This document shows positions 20,821 through 28,967 of a stretch of 64,000 nt of DNA, piece by piece (positions within the stretch are counted from its first letter, which is position 1; each line of letters opens with the position of its first letter). The stretch lies in contig CBDATQ010000001.1 in assembly GCA_965199955.1 (NCBI GenBank), positions 512,001 through 576,000 on the forward strand. The letters run 5' to 3'. The position numbers and the translations under genes are program-made. Below the pieces are notes generated by a model. It was not told the origin of the DNA. It did no database searches and saw only the letters and a list, made by a program, of their open reading frames with translations. Source of the stretch: Spirochaetia bacterium. GTDB taxonomy: Bacteria > Spirochaetota > Spirochaetia > SZUA-6 > Bin103.

Positions 20821-20997
20821 GGTGACAACGATCTCACGGTCGAGGTGTACAACACGCTGGCCAACCACTTCGGCACCGGGTTCCCCCCGTCCTCCCACGC
20901 GCCCAAGGAGCAGCAGGGCGGCGGCCTGATCGGCCCGGTGACCGTGCGATTCCGGTGGCCGGTCAGCATCACCGCCCGCCCGGTGGTCAGGTCCTGA
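20821..20997 (+). pseudogene. C-terminal fragment of a GH2/GH106-type beta-sandwich domain
   Basis: manual translation GDNDLTVEVYNTLANHF...GGLIGPVTVRF...stop, matching the G.N.L.I.V.NT..N...GLLGPV pattern. Confidence 0.6.
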
Positions 20998-21003
20998 GAT
21001 CAA

Positions 21004-21624
21004 TCAGCGATCGACCCCAGTTCCCATGGCGGAGGCAATGTCGTCGCGAAACCTTGCCCAGGCAGGCACCTGCTCCAAGAGACCGCCTGGAGGAAGGCTC
21101 TCTGCAAGCTGCTTCCGAAGATTGCCAAAATCGGCCTTGAACCTCTTGCGGCGTCGCACTCCCCGAGGTGCTCCCGCCTTCATCAGCACGTCACGCAAGG
21201 TCCGCTTGGGGTCCGGCACACTCTCCAGCTCATCAGGTGCAGGCAAATCAAGCGGCTCGGTGCCACGTGGACGTCCGGCGACTCTACGTATCGCGGCTTC
21301 GTCCGCGAGCAGCCACGCCTCCATCATCCGCACCGGCACTACACCGATCCATCTGCCTTCGTACTTGGCATCCGATATGCCTTGTCTGATCTCTCCGTAT
21401 CTCGAATCGGTGTTCGCTCCGTCGGCATCGCGATGCACAAACAGCAAGTTCACGCTGCCAAAGTACTGTAGCCCGAGACGCACCTTGTCTCTTACACGTC
21501 GTCCACGAAACGATGCGGCTCCATCGGCTTCCGATGCGCCGCATTCGATGAGCAGGGCCTGAATATGAGAGACCAGCGCTGCGTCGGATGAACCCTCGCA
21601 GATCAGTAGAAACCGTACTCTCAT
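21004..21624 (-). CDS. DUF4276-type TOPRIM-like protein
   Basis: LLICEGSSD, FVHRDAD, VPVRMMEAWLLAD, ESVPDPK; 4-nt overlap with ATPase stop. Confidence 0.75.
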   Translation of the reverse strand: MRVRFLLICEGSSDAALVSHIQALLIECGASEADGAASFRGRRVRDKVRLGLQYFGSVNLLFVHRDADGANTDSRYGEIRQGISDAKYEGRWIGVVPVRMMEAWLLADEAAIRRVAGRPRGTEPLDLPAPDELESVPDPKRTLRDVLMKAGAPRGVRRRKRFKADFGNLRKQLAESLPPGGLLEQVPAWARFRDDIASAMGTGVDR

Positions 21625-23093
21625 GAATTCTGCCAGAACTCTTCAGGCCAGAACTCGGCGGGGAATCTGAGCTGAGCATCTTCTGGTGGAATCAGATAGG
21701 ATTGCAGTTCGACCTTGCCGATGCCAGTTGACGTACTCGAATCATCATCTGGGTCGGAAGTATCTCTCCAAGAACCTTGCAGAGGATAGCACTTTAGCGG
21801 CCACACCGCGCGTCCTGTGGCCGACTTGACGGCGGTTTTTTTTGCCAGAACGATTTCCTGCTGGCTCTGTAGCTGCACAAAATAGGGTGAGTGGGTCGCG
21901 ACAATGACTTGCCGTAAGGGGTTGTCCTCGGCCACGGGTTCGTCGCAGTCGACCGCGATGTCGTGCAGCAGCCGATTCATGGCTTCCAGCCTCTCGGGAT
22001 GGATCCCGTTCTCCGGCTCCTCCATGCAGTACACCCCGGCGTCGGCGGCCTCTGCGATAGCGGTCAAGGCCAGGAATCGAAGGGTGCCGTCGGAAATGGA
22101 GTTGGCCCGCAACCGTACGCCGTCGGGTTCTTCGAGCTCCAGGGAAAAGAGCTGCCGCACGTCGTCTCGCACCGCGCGGACCGTTCGTACGGGCACGAGG
22201 GCGGAAAGCGTACTCGCGATCCTGCTCAGGATGTCATCCTCAGGGTCTTCCGCAGTTTCGGAGGTGGAGCCCCCACTGGCCAGATGGTGCAGGGTAGCGG
22301 GGATATGCCCACCGTCGGGGGTAATGCCGGGTTCGTCGGTGAACGTGTCGGCACGGCGCATGGCCGAGGGCTCCAGGGCCAGTATCCGCCACCGTTGCAT
22401 CTCTCGACGAGCTGCCAGAATCGTGGGCGTCGCCGCCGTGTTCTCGGTGCCGATGATCGTTCGCGGAGCGCGTTCGGCAGGCGCCGCCGGCCGGGGTCGT
22501 CCGGAGGAACCGCCATCCTGATGGATGACGATGGTAGCGGGAGCGGACGCTCCATCACCAATCGTGGAGATGTACCGGGATCTTCGCCGCTTGTTGTAGA
22601 TAACGCTGTTCCGAAATCTCTGTTTGATATGGGGAAATCGCAACTTCTCGGCGGCGCGGCCGGAGGGGATGTAGCGAAGATCCTCGCGCTCCAGAACAAG
22701 ACCGCCGAGCGGTCCGGCAGATTGGGATGGTGGATCGTGTCGGAACGCAACCTCGTAACGCAGGAAGGTGGATGAAGGAACTCCTGGCCGGCCGAAGTCG
22801 TCCACAACCCGCCTGTCCACGATCATTTCGGCGGCGAATCGGATGCGGTTCACGGTGTTGCCGTTAGCGTAAAAAAACAGATCTCCGATTTCGCCGATGT
22901 CCTGCTCGGAGCTGCGAATCAGCAGCGCGGATTGATTGATGGTGTGGTCGGTCAATAGCGAGAGAAATCGGATAGCGTCGAAGATGTTGGACTTGCCGAC
23001 GCCGTTGACTCCCGCGATACACGTATAGGGTCCGAGATCGAGGGAGAAATCGACCAGGTTCTTGAAGCCATCTACTTCAATACGGGTGAGCAT
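21621..23093 (-). CDS. ABC-type AAA ATPase (AAA_21/AAA_15-like)
   Basis: MLTRIEVDGFKN, Walker A GVNGVGKS, ISDGTLR signature, Walker B MEEPENGIHP, ATHSP. Confidence 0.9.
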   Translation of the reverse strand: MLTRIEVDGFKNLVDFSLDLGPYTCIAGVNGVGKSNIFDAIRFLSLLTDHTINQSALLIRSSEQDIGEIGDLFFYANGNTVNRIRFAAEMIVDRRVVDDFGRPGVPSSTFLRYEVAFRHDPPSQSAGPLGGLVLEREDLRYIPSGRAAEKLRFPHIKQRFRNSVIYNKRRRSRYISTIGDGASAPATIVIHQDGGSSGRPRPAAPAERAPRTIIGTENTAATPTILAARREMQRWRILALEPSAMRRADTFTDEPGITPDGGHIPATLHHLASGGSTSETAEDPEDDILSRIASTLSALVPVRTVRAVRDDVRQLFSLELEEPDGVRLRANSISDGTLRFLALTAIAEAADAGVYCMEEPENGIHPERLEAMNRLLHDIAVDCDEPVAEDNPLRQVIVATHSPYFVQLQSQQEIVLAKKTAVKSATGRAVWPLKCYPLQGSWRDTSDPDDDSSTSTGIGKVELQSYLIPPEDAQLRFPAEFWPEEFWQNS

Positions 23094-23161
23094 GACGGTC
23101 TCCTGAGCTGGCGGTCACGGAAACACTCGACGAAATCGAGCGCCGTGACTCCTCATGCTGG

Positions 23162-23170
23162 ATCATAGCA
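23162..23170 (-). promoter_or_regulatory. extended -10 promoter (TGCTATGAT) for ATPase operon
   Basis: TGn-TATGAT about 70 nt upstream of ATG 23093; CAGGAG RBS. Confidence 0.5.
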
Positions 23171-23430
23171 TGCGGAACAGTGGCCGGTGTCGCGTGGACC
23201 GCCGGGAGCCGCCATCGTACCCTTCGGCCTTATGCCGGCGCTTCCGGTCGGGACGGACCGCTTCGACGCCCGCGGAGCGCGATCAATCAGGTCTCGCTCT
23301 GTCTTCGATCCCGAAGCGCCGGTACCGTCGGTACGGTCACTCCGCCTCGGCGCCGAAGTGGCACGGCGGGCCGCTCTCGGCTGCCTGTTCGCGGGAGAGC
23401 TGGCGGCGCCTTCCGGGTTGCGCAGGCGCC

Positions 23431-24234
23431 TCAGGCGCGTTGCATGGTGCGGTAGCGGTGCACGGCCAGCGGGGCGAACACGGCGATGATGACCGCCGCC
23501 CAGATCAGGGTGTACAGCACCGGGTGCTGCAGCGGCCACGCGACCGGATCGGGCGTCCCCGGAGGTATGTTCCCGAACAGCTCCCGCGTCGCCTGCGTGA
23601 CCGCGGAGACCGGGTTCCACAGGGCGAAGGTGCGCAGCACCGGCGGCAGGTTCTCGGCGGGAACGAAGGTGTTGGCCACAAACGTCAGCGGCATGGTCAC
23701 CATGAACGCCGCGTTGTTGATCACTTCGACGCTCGGCACCATCAGGCCGACGAAGGCCATGACCCAGGAAAAGGCGTAGGCGAACAGCAGCAGCAGGGCG
23801 AATCCCCCGACCGCCGGCAGCACGCCGGTGTCGATCCGCCATCCGACCACGAGCCCGGTCAACGCCATGATCGCCAGCGACGCCACGTTGTACAGCACGT
23901 CGCTCATCGTGCGGCCCACCAGCAGCGCGCTGCGCGACATCGGCAGCGAGCGGAAGCGGTTCATGATCCCCTTTTGGATGTCCTCTGCCAGGCCGGCGCC
24001 GGTGAAGATCGCACCGAACACGACCGTCTGCGCGAAGATGCCGGCGATCAGGAACTCGCGGTAGGAGCCGCCGGGGATGGCGATCGAGTTGCCGAAGACG
24101 TACGCGAACAGCAGCACGAACATGATCGGCGACAGGAGCACGAACACCAGCACTTCGGGCACTCGCTTGATCTTGATGACGTTCCGCTTGGCGATCGTGG
24201 CGGCGTCGCTCACCGCGTTGAACATGGCGCTCAC
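23431..24234 (-). CDS. ABC-2 type exporter permease (DrrB-like)
   Basis: 6 TM, GIMNRFRSLPMSRS, WNPVSA. Confidence 0.9.
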   Translation of the reverse strand: MSAMFNAVSDAATIAKRNVIKIKRVPEVLVFVLLSPIMFVLLFAYVFGNSIAIPGGSYREFLIAGIFAQTVVFGAIFTGAGLAEDIQKGIMNRFRSLPMSRSALLVGRTMSDVLYNVASLAIMALTGLVVGWRIDTGVLPAVGGFALLLLFAYAFSWVMAFVGLMVPSVEVINNAAFMVTMPLTFVANTFVPAENLPPVLRTFALWNPVSAVTQATRELFGNIPPGTPDPVAWPLQHPVLYTLIWAAVIIAVFAPLAVHRYRTMQRA

Positions 24235-25217
24235 GTGGCGGCCTCCTCCGGTTCCGTGGGCTCGGCGGCGTGGCCGGTCAGGGTGAGGAACACGTCATCC
24301 AGCGTCGGCCGGCGCAGCCCGACGTCCTGGACCGCGACCTGCTCCTGATCCAGCGCGCGCAGCGCCTGCATCAGCGCCTCCGCGCCGCCGCCGGCGATCG
24401 GCGTCACCACCGTGCGTGCGCGTTCGTCCACCTGCTGCTCCCCGACCGCGAAGCGGTCCAGCACCTCGCGGGCGTGACTCACCGCCGCCCCGGCGGCCAC
24501 CGTCACCTCGATGCGCTCCGCGCCGACCAGCCGTTTCAGCTCGTCGGGCGTACCCTCCGCGATCGCCTTGCCGTGGTCGATGACCAGCACGCGGTCGGCG
24601 AGCTGGTCCGCCTCCTCCATGTACTGGGTAGTGAGCAGCACCGTGGTGCCACTGCCCACCATCCGGCGGATCACCTCCCAGAGCTGCCTGCGGCTGTGCG
24701 GGTCCAGTCCGGTGGTGGGCTCGTCCAGGAACAGTACCGGCGGATCGGCCACCAGCGCGCCCGCCAGGTCGAGGCGGCGGCGCATCCCGCCGGAGTAGGT
24801 CTTGACCGGGCGGCCGCCGGCGGAGACCAGGTCGAACTGCTCCAGCAGCTCGGTGGCGCGGCTGCGCGCACGGCGCCGGCCCAGGTGATAGAGCCGGCCG
24901 ACCATGTCCAGGTTCTCGAACCCGGTCAGGTGCTCGTCCACCGCCGCGAACTGCCCGGACAGCCCGATCCTGCGGCGCACGTCGCGGGGAGCCCGCACCA
25001 CGTCGGCGCCGGCAACGACGGCGCTGCCGGCATCCGGGGAGATCAAGGTGGCCAGGATGGACACGGCGGTTGTCTTGCCGGCCCCGTTGGGGCCCAGCAC
25101 GCCGAGCACCGTTCCCTCCGACACGGCCAGGTCGAGACCGGCCAGGGCCGTGACTTGGCCATAGCGCTTGACGAGCCCGGTGGCGTGAATGAGATCAGGC
25201 ATTGCGTGCGTGGCCAC
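24231..25217 (-). CDS. ABC exporter ATP-binding protein (DrrA-like)
   Basis: GPNGAGKT, YSGGMRRRLD, LDEPTTGLD, RRPTLDDVF; start may be ATG 25202. Confidence 0.92.
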   Translation of the reverse strand: MATHAMPDLIHATGLVKRYGQVTALAGLDLAVSEGTVLGVLGPNGAGKTTAVSILATLISPDAGSAVVAGADVVRAPRDVRRRIGLSGQFAAVDEHLTGFENLDMVGRLYHLGRRRARSRATELLEQFDLVSAGGRPVKTYSGGMRRRLDLAGALVADPPVLFLDEPTTGLDPHSRRQLWEVIRRMVGSGTTVLLTTQYMEEADQLADRVLVIDHGKAIAEGTPDELKRLVGAERIEVTVAAGAAVSHAREVLDRFAVGEQQVDERARTVVTPIAGGGAEALMQALRALDQEQVAVQDVGLRRPTLDDVFLTLTGHAAEPTEPEEAAT

Positions 25218-25303
25218 CGACGGAAGGAGCGAGCTGCCGGCAACTCGCCGGAAACCTACGCACGTTCGATCGATCGGTCAAAATCGCCGTACCCGGAGGA
25301 TCC

Positions 25304-25344
25304 TTGCGAAGGAGCGTTGCGACGGTAGACTTGGTCCGACCAAG
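25304..25344 (+). promoter_or_regulatory. sigma70-like promoter with overlapping palindromic operator
   Basis: TTGCGA-16 nt-TAGACT; CTTGGTC-C-GACCAAG inverted repeat at 25330-25344 just upstream of antitoxin start. Confidence 0.6.
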
Positions 25345-25354
25345 AGGACGAACC

Positions 25355-25588
25355 GTGACCACCGTCAACATTCACCAGGCAAAGACGCATCTCTCCCGGC
25401 TGCTCGCGGAAGTGGCTCGTGGTGAGGAGGTCATCATCTCCCGCGCAGGCACGCCCATCGCGCGACTCGTGCCTTACGCGGCGGCCACGCCGCAGCGCAC
25501 GTTGGGTCGCGATCGGGGTCTGTTCGAGGTTCCCGGCGAATTCGATGCTCCGCTTCCCCGGGACGTCATCGAGAGCTTCGAACGATGA
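25355..25588 (+). CDS. type II TA antitoxin, Phd/YefM family
   Basis: VNIHQAKTHLSRLL..V..GEEVIISRAGTPIARLVP, EFDAPLP; GAGGA RBS. Confidence 0.9.
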   Translation: MTTVNIHQAKTHLSRLLAEVARGEEVIISRAGTPIARLVPYAAATPQRTLGRDRGLFEVPGEFDAPLPRDVIESFER

Positions 25589-26418
25589 GGTCACTGCCGG
25601 AAGCCCCGGACGGTGACATGCCCAGCGGCGCGGACGTGCCCTTCGTCGACTTCGGGCGCTCGTATCTCATCGGCAACGGCAGCAGCACCGCGGATTCGCC
25701 TGCGCCGATCGAGCAGAACGACGTACGGCTGCAGGTGGAGTCGCTCGTACGGCTGTACGACGCTGACACCAGCCTGACCCGAACCATCTATCAGTGCGCG
25801 GCCTGCAAGGCGGAGAACACGTTCGACGCGACCGGGCCGGGGGACCTGTTCAAGCGCCCCAACTACGACTTCCTGCCGGTCGCGTGCGGTAGCGAGCTGC
25901 TGATCTTCCGTCGCGGGCTGTTGGCCGCAGACGGCGGATACCGGCGTTACTACCCGCACATGCCGGCCTTCGGCGACCTGCGCGAGCACATCGTGGCCGC
26001 GCGGGGTGTCGAGCGGCTGATCGACTTTCGGGCCGTCGCCGAGGCGTCCAGCGCCGGCACGCCCATCATCGGCAGAACCGTGCTCGCCGACAGCGGCGCG
26101 GGGCTGCGCGCGGAGCTGGAGTACCCGATCAAGACGATCAACATCCGCTACCGCCCGGACGTGTACCAGTTCGACACCGGCCCGATGCTGTTCCCGGATC
26201 TCGGCGTGCGGCGGGAAATCTGGGCGGACTACCTGTCGCTGGCGTTCCTGGCGTACGAGACCCGTACGGAGGGCTACGTGGACTTCGTGATCGAAAGCGC
26301 GCTGCCGGTCGGTCCCGAACCCGGCGCGCCGCGGGTCATGCACTACGACCGGCACGAGCACCGGCCCGCGACCAACACGGTCTGGCAGGTGACGGGCTCC
26401 GGATCCGGGGCGCGCTGA
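25585..26418 (+). CDS. hypothetical protein with CxxCxxE motif
   Basis: GC3-rich frame; YQCAACKAENTF, YPIKTINI, YQFDTGP; start may be ATG 25618. Confidence 0.7.
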   Translation: MRSLPEAPDGDMPSGADVPFVDFGRSYLIGNGSSTADSPAPIEQNDVRLQVESLVRLYDADTSLTRTIYQCAACKAENTFDATGPGDLFKRPNYDFLPVACGSELLIFRRGLLAADGGYRRYYPHMPAFGDLREHIVAARGVERLIDFRAVAEASSAGTPIIGRTVLADSGAGLRAELEYPIKTINIRYRPDVYQFDTGPMLFPDLGVRREIWADYLSLAFLAYETRTEGYVDFVIESALPVGPEPGAPRVMHYDRHEHRPATNTVWQVTGSGSGAR

Positions 26419-26441
26419 AGCCGCCGGCGACGGACCGTGCG

Positions 26442-27170
26442 CTACGGCCGACAGTCCACGTAGCGCACGCCCCGGGGACCCTCTTCGCCGCGTACCAGAT
26501 ACACCGGAATCGGATGCGTCTCCACGTCGACCCAGGCGCTGTCGGTGCTGCAGAAGCGGATCGTGTAGCCGGCCCGGCGGCGGGACGTGCGGTTGACGCC
26601 GCTGCCGTGCAGCAGGAACGAGTCGTGAATGGACAGCGCGCCGGCCGGCATCGCCAGGGTGACGGCCGAGCGTTCCATCGCCTCGGTGACGACCACCTTC
26701 CTGGAGAGCATGTCGTCTCGGCCCGACGCCACGGTCGCGAACTCCCGGTAGCCGGAATGCGAGCCGGGGATCACCTGCATGGCGGAGTTGGCCGCATCCG
26801 CGTCGTCGATGGCCAGCCAGACCGTCGCCACGTCCGTGCCGTGCACGCTCGGCCAGTAGGTGTTGTCCTGGTGCCACGAGACCCGTTCCTGCCCGTGAGG
26901 CGGCTTGATGAACACGCTGGAGTACACCAGGATCAGATTCGGGCCGAGCACGGCCTGCACGGCGTCGAGCAGCGGCGGATAGCGGCAGACGTCCAGCCAG
27001 CGGTCGTCGCGGCTGTGCGGCTCGCCGATAGAGCCTTGCCGGTCGAGCGTGCCCGCCTCGGTCGCCTCGTTGAGCAGGCGGCGATTGCCCGCCACCCCGG
27101 CATCGTCGAAGACCCGCGGAAAGACGCAGTACCCTTCGCGCGCGAACAGCCCCGGGTCCCGGTTCAGCAC
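26442..27170 (-). CDS. phytanoyl-CoA dioxygenase (PhyH) family Fe/2OG oxygenase
   Basis: WHQD, TVWLAIDD, VIPGSH, LLHGSGVN..RR; start placed at GTG 27170 (GAGG upstream). Confidence 0.9.
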   Translation of the reverse strand: MLNRDPGLFAREGYCVFPRVFDDAGVAGNRRLLNEATEAGTLDRQGSIGEPHSRDDRWLDVCRYPPLLDAVQAVLGPNLILVYSSVFIKPPHGQERVSWHQDNTYWPSVHGTDVATVWLAIDDADAANSAMQVIPGSHSGYREFATVASGRDDMLSRKVVVTEAMERSAVTLAMPAGALSIHDSFLLHGSGVNRTSRRRAGYTIRFCSTDSAWVDVETHPIPVYLVRGEEGPRGVRYVDCRP

Positions 27171-27305
27171 GCCGCCGGCCTCGATGCCCTTCGCCTGCAC
27201 CCGTGCCACGAGCAACCGGTCGTCATTGCCGTAGAGGCTCCTGGTGCCCCCAGTGGTGGTGAAGGTGACCTTGTACCGGTAACCGTGCGTGGCGTGCAGG
27301 TTGCC

Positions 27306-28892
27306 TCAATCGGCGGGGAGCTCATGCTCGGTCGCAGGCACGACGAAGACCTCGACCTCCTCGACGACGATGCTGTCGGTCGCCTCGGGGTCACTCGCGG
27401 TGAGCGCGAGTCCGAGCCGGTTCTCACCGCGCACGCACCGGTCGGCGGTGAGCGGGAACCAGTACGTCACGCAGGGTCGGGTCTCGCGGGTCATCGAGCC
27501 GCGGGCGAACTCGTACTCCGTGTCGTCCGGACGGAGGTCGGTGCGGACCTCGTCGTCGCGGTGCTTGAGTCCGCGATCCGGGACCGGCTGCCCGTTCAGG
27601 GTGATCGCCAGGCTGTCCGCCAGCGTCTGGTGATAGGCGCGGAACAGGAGCTGTGCCACGGCGATGCCGTCGAAGTCCTCGTAGAGGCGGAAGGTGTACT
27701 CCGCAACGCCTGCCGGCCGCGCGATGACCGCGCGCTGCGCCTTGACCGCTCCGGTGGAGGTGCAGTCGTCGCCGAAGCCGCTGAAGCCGCCCCAGGTGGC
27801 GTCGAACACATAGTGCCTGCGCCCGCCGAGGGCGCAGGCGTCCGAGCGGACGTGGCGGGCGTCGTGCAGGGCCAGCGGATAGAACGGCGCGTGCGCGCCG
27901 CCGCCGCCGTGCATGATCTCGAAGTGGTTGTACAGCGACACGCCGTCGGCGCCCTGCGCGTACATGGTGTGCGCCAGCGCCCGCTGCTGGTCCTGGTCGG
28001 CCGGCTGCTGGGCGGAGCGGCGCCGGGCGATGATGCCCGTCCACGGCATGATCGACGGATAGAGCCGGCAGGCGGTGTCCGCGGTCACGGCCGCCCACTC
28101 GTCGTAGGGCAGGTTGTACTCGGCGTACATGCAGTCCGCCGGGCTGAGGTAGTCGACCAGCCCGTCCTGCGCCCAGGCCGGCGCGTCCAGGCCCAGGTCC
28201 GCGCACTCGTCGATGGTGGCGAACACGTGCGCGCCCAGGAACAGCCGCTCGGCCGTCCCTCGGCGCTCGCCGGCGGCATCGAGCATCGAGCGGATGGCGG
28301 CCACCAGCTCGGTCATTCGGTCCGCGCGGTCGCGGCCGGTGCCCGGCGGGAAGTAGCGATGGTCGCGGTAGCAGATCTCGATGCCGCCCACGTCGACGGT
28401 GTCCACCAGGCGCGTGATCGCGCTCAGCAGGAAGGCGCGCACCTCCTCGTGGGTGAAGTCGAGCGGGGTGGACTCCGCATAGAGCACGCCGGGCGGCGCC
28501 TCCTGGAGCTGCAGGTGCGGGTTTTCGACGATGAAGCCGGCGCCGGCGCCCACCCCCTGGGCGGTGGAGACGGCGCCGTGGTTGTCGTTCATGCGGATGC
28601 CGGCGCCGAAGCGGACGCCGCGCGTGCGGCACTGGTCTGCCAGGATGCCCAGTGGCTGTCGGCCGCTGTCGAGCAGGGGCAGGAACCGGCGGTGCTGCGG
28701 CCTGGCGTCGTAATCGAAGCCGTCGGTGCGCCAGTAGGTGGTCCAGCCCTGGGTGTAGGCCTCCTGGATGAACAGGTCGATGCCGGCGTCGGCCACGTCG
28801 TCGATCCACTCGCGGAGCGACTCCTCGGTGGCCGGGTCCGGCAGGTAACGGGTGGCGACGCTGGACGGATCGCTGATGTAGATGACCGACAT
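27306..28892 (-). CDS. glycoside-hydrolase-like TIM-barrel protein (GHL10/DUF187-like), intact paralogue
   Basis: GGGAGG RBS, ATG 28892; RMNDNH, LDFTHEEVR, GIEICYRD, GADGVSLYNHF, C-terminal RGENRL beta-sandwich. Confidence 0.8.
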   Translation of the reverse strand: MSVIYISDPSSVATRYLPDPATEESLREWIDDVADAGIDLFIQEAYTQGWTTYWRTDGFDYDARPQHRRFLPLLDSGRQPLGILADQCRTRGVRFGAGIRMNDNHGAVSTAQGVGAGAGFIVENPHLQLQEAPPGVLYAESTPLDFTHEEVRAFLLSAITRLVDTVDVGGIEICYRDHRYFPPGTGRDRADRMTELVAAIRSMLDAAGERRGTAERLFLGAHVFATIDECADLGLDAPAWAQDGLVDYLSPADCMYAEYNLPYDEWAAVTADTACRLYPSIMPWTGIIARRRSAQQPADQDQQRALAHTMYAQGADGVSLYNHFEIMHGGGGAHAPFYPLALHDARHVRSDACALGGRRHYVFDATWGGFSGFGDDCTSTGAVKAQRAVIARPAGVAEYTFRLYEDFDGIAVAQLLFRAYHQTLADSLAITLNGQPVPDRGLKHRDDEVRTDLRPDDTEYEFARGSMTRETRPCVTYWFPLTADRCVRGENRLGLALTASDPEATDSIVVEEVEVFVVPATEHELPAD

Positions 28893-28967
28893 GACGCCTC
28901 CCACGGTAGACCTCTTGCGTGGCGGCAGCAATCGTAGGACGCTGCCGCTCTGCGAAGGAGGCGGCGG

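Noticed and set aside
26442..27308. TGA readthrough or selenocysteine fusion of the GH-like gene to the in-frame PhyH gene
   Set aside because: The frames coincide, but the paralogue ends at about the same position, there is no Cys-equivalent context or convincing SECIS, and PhyH has its own plausible start
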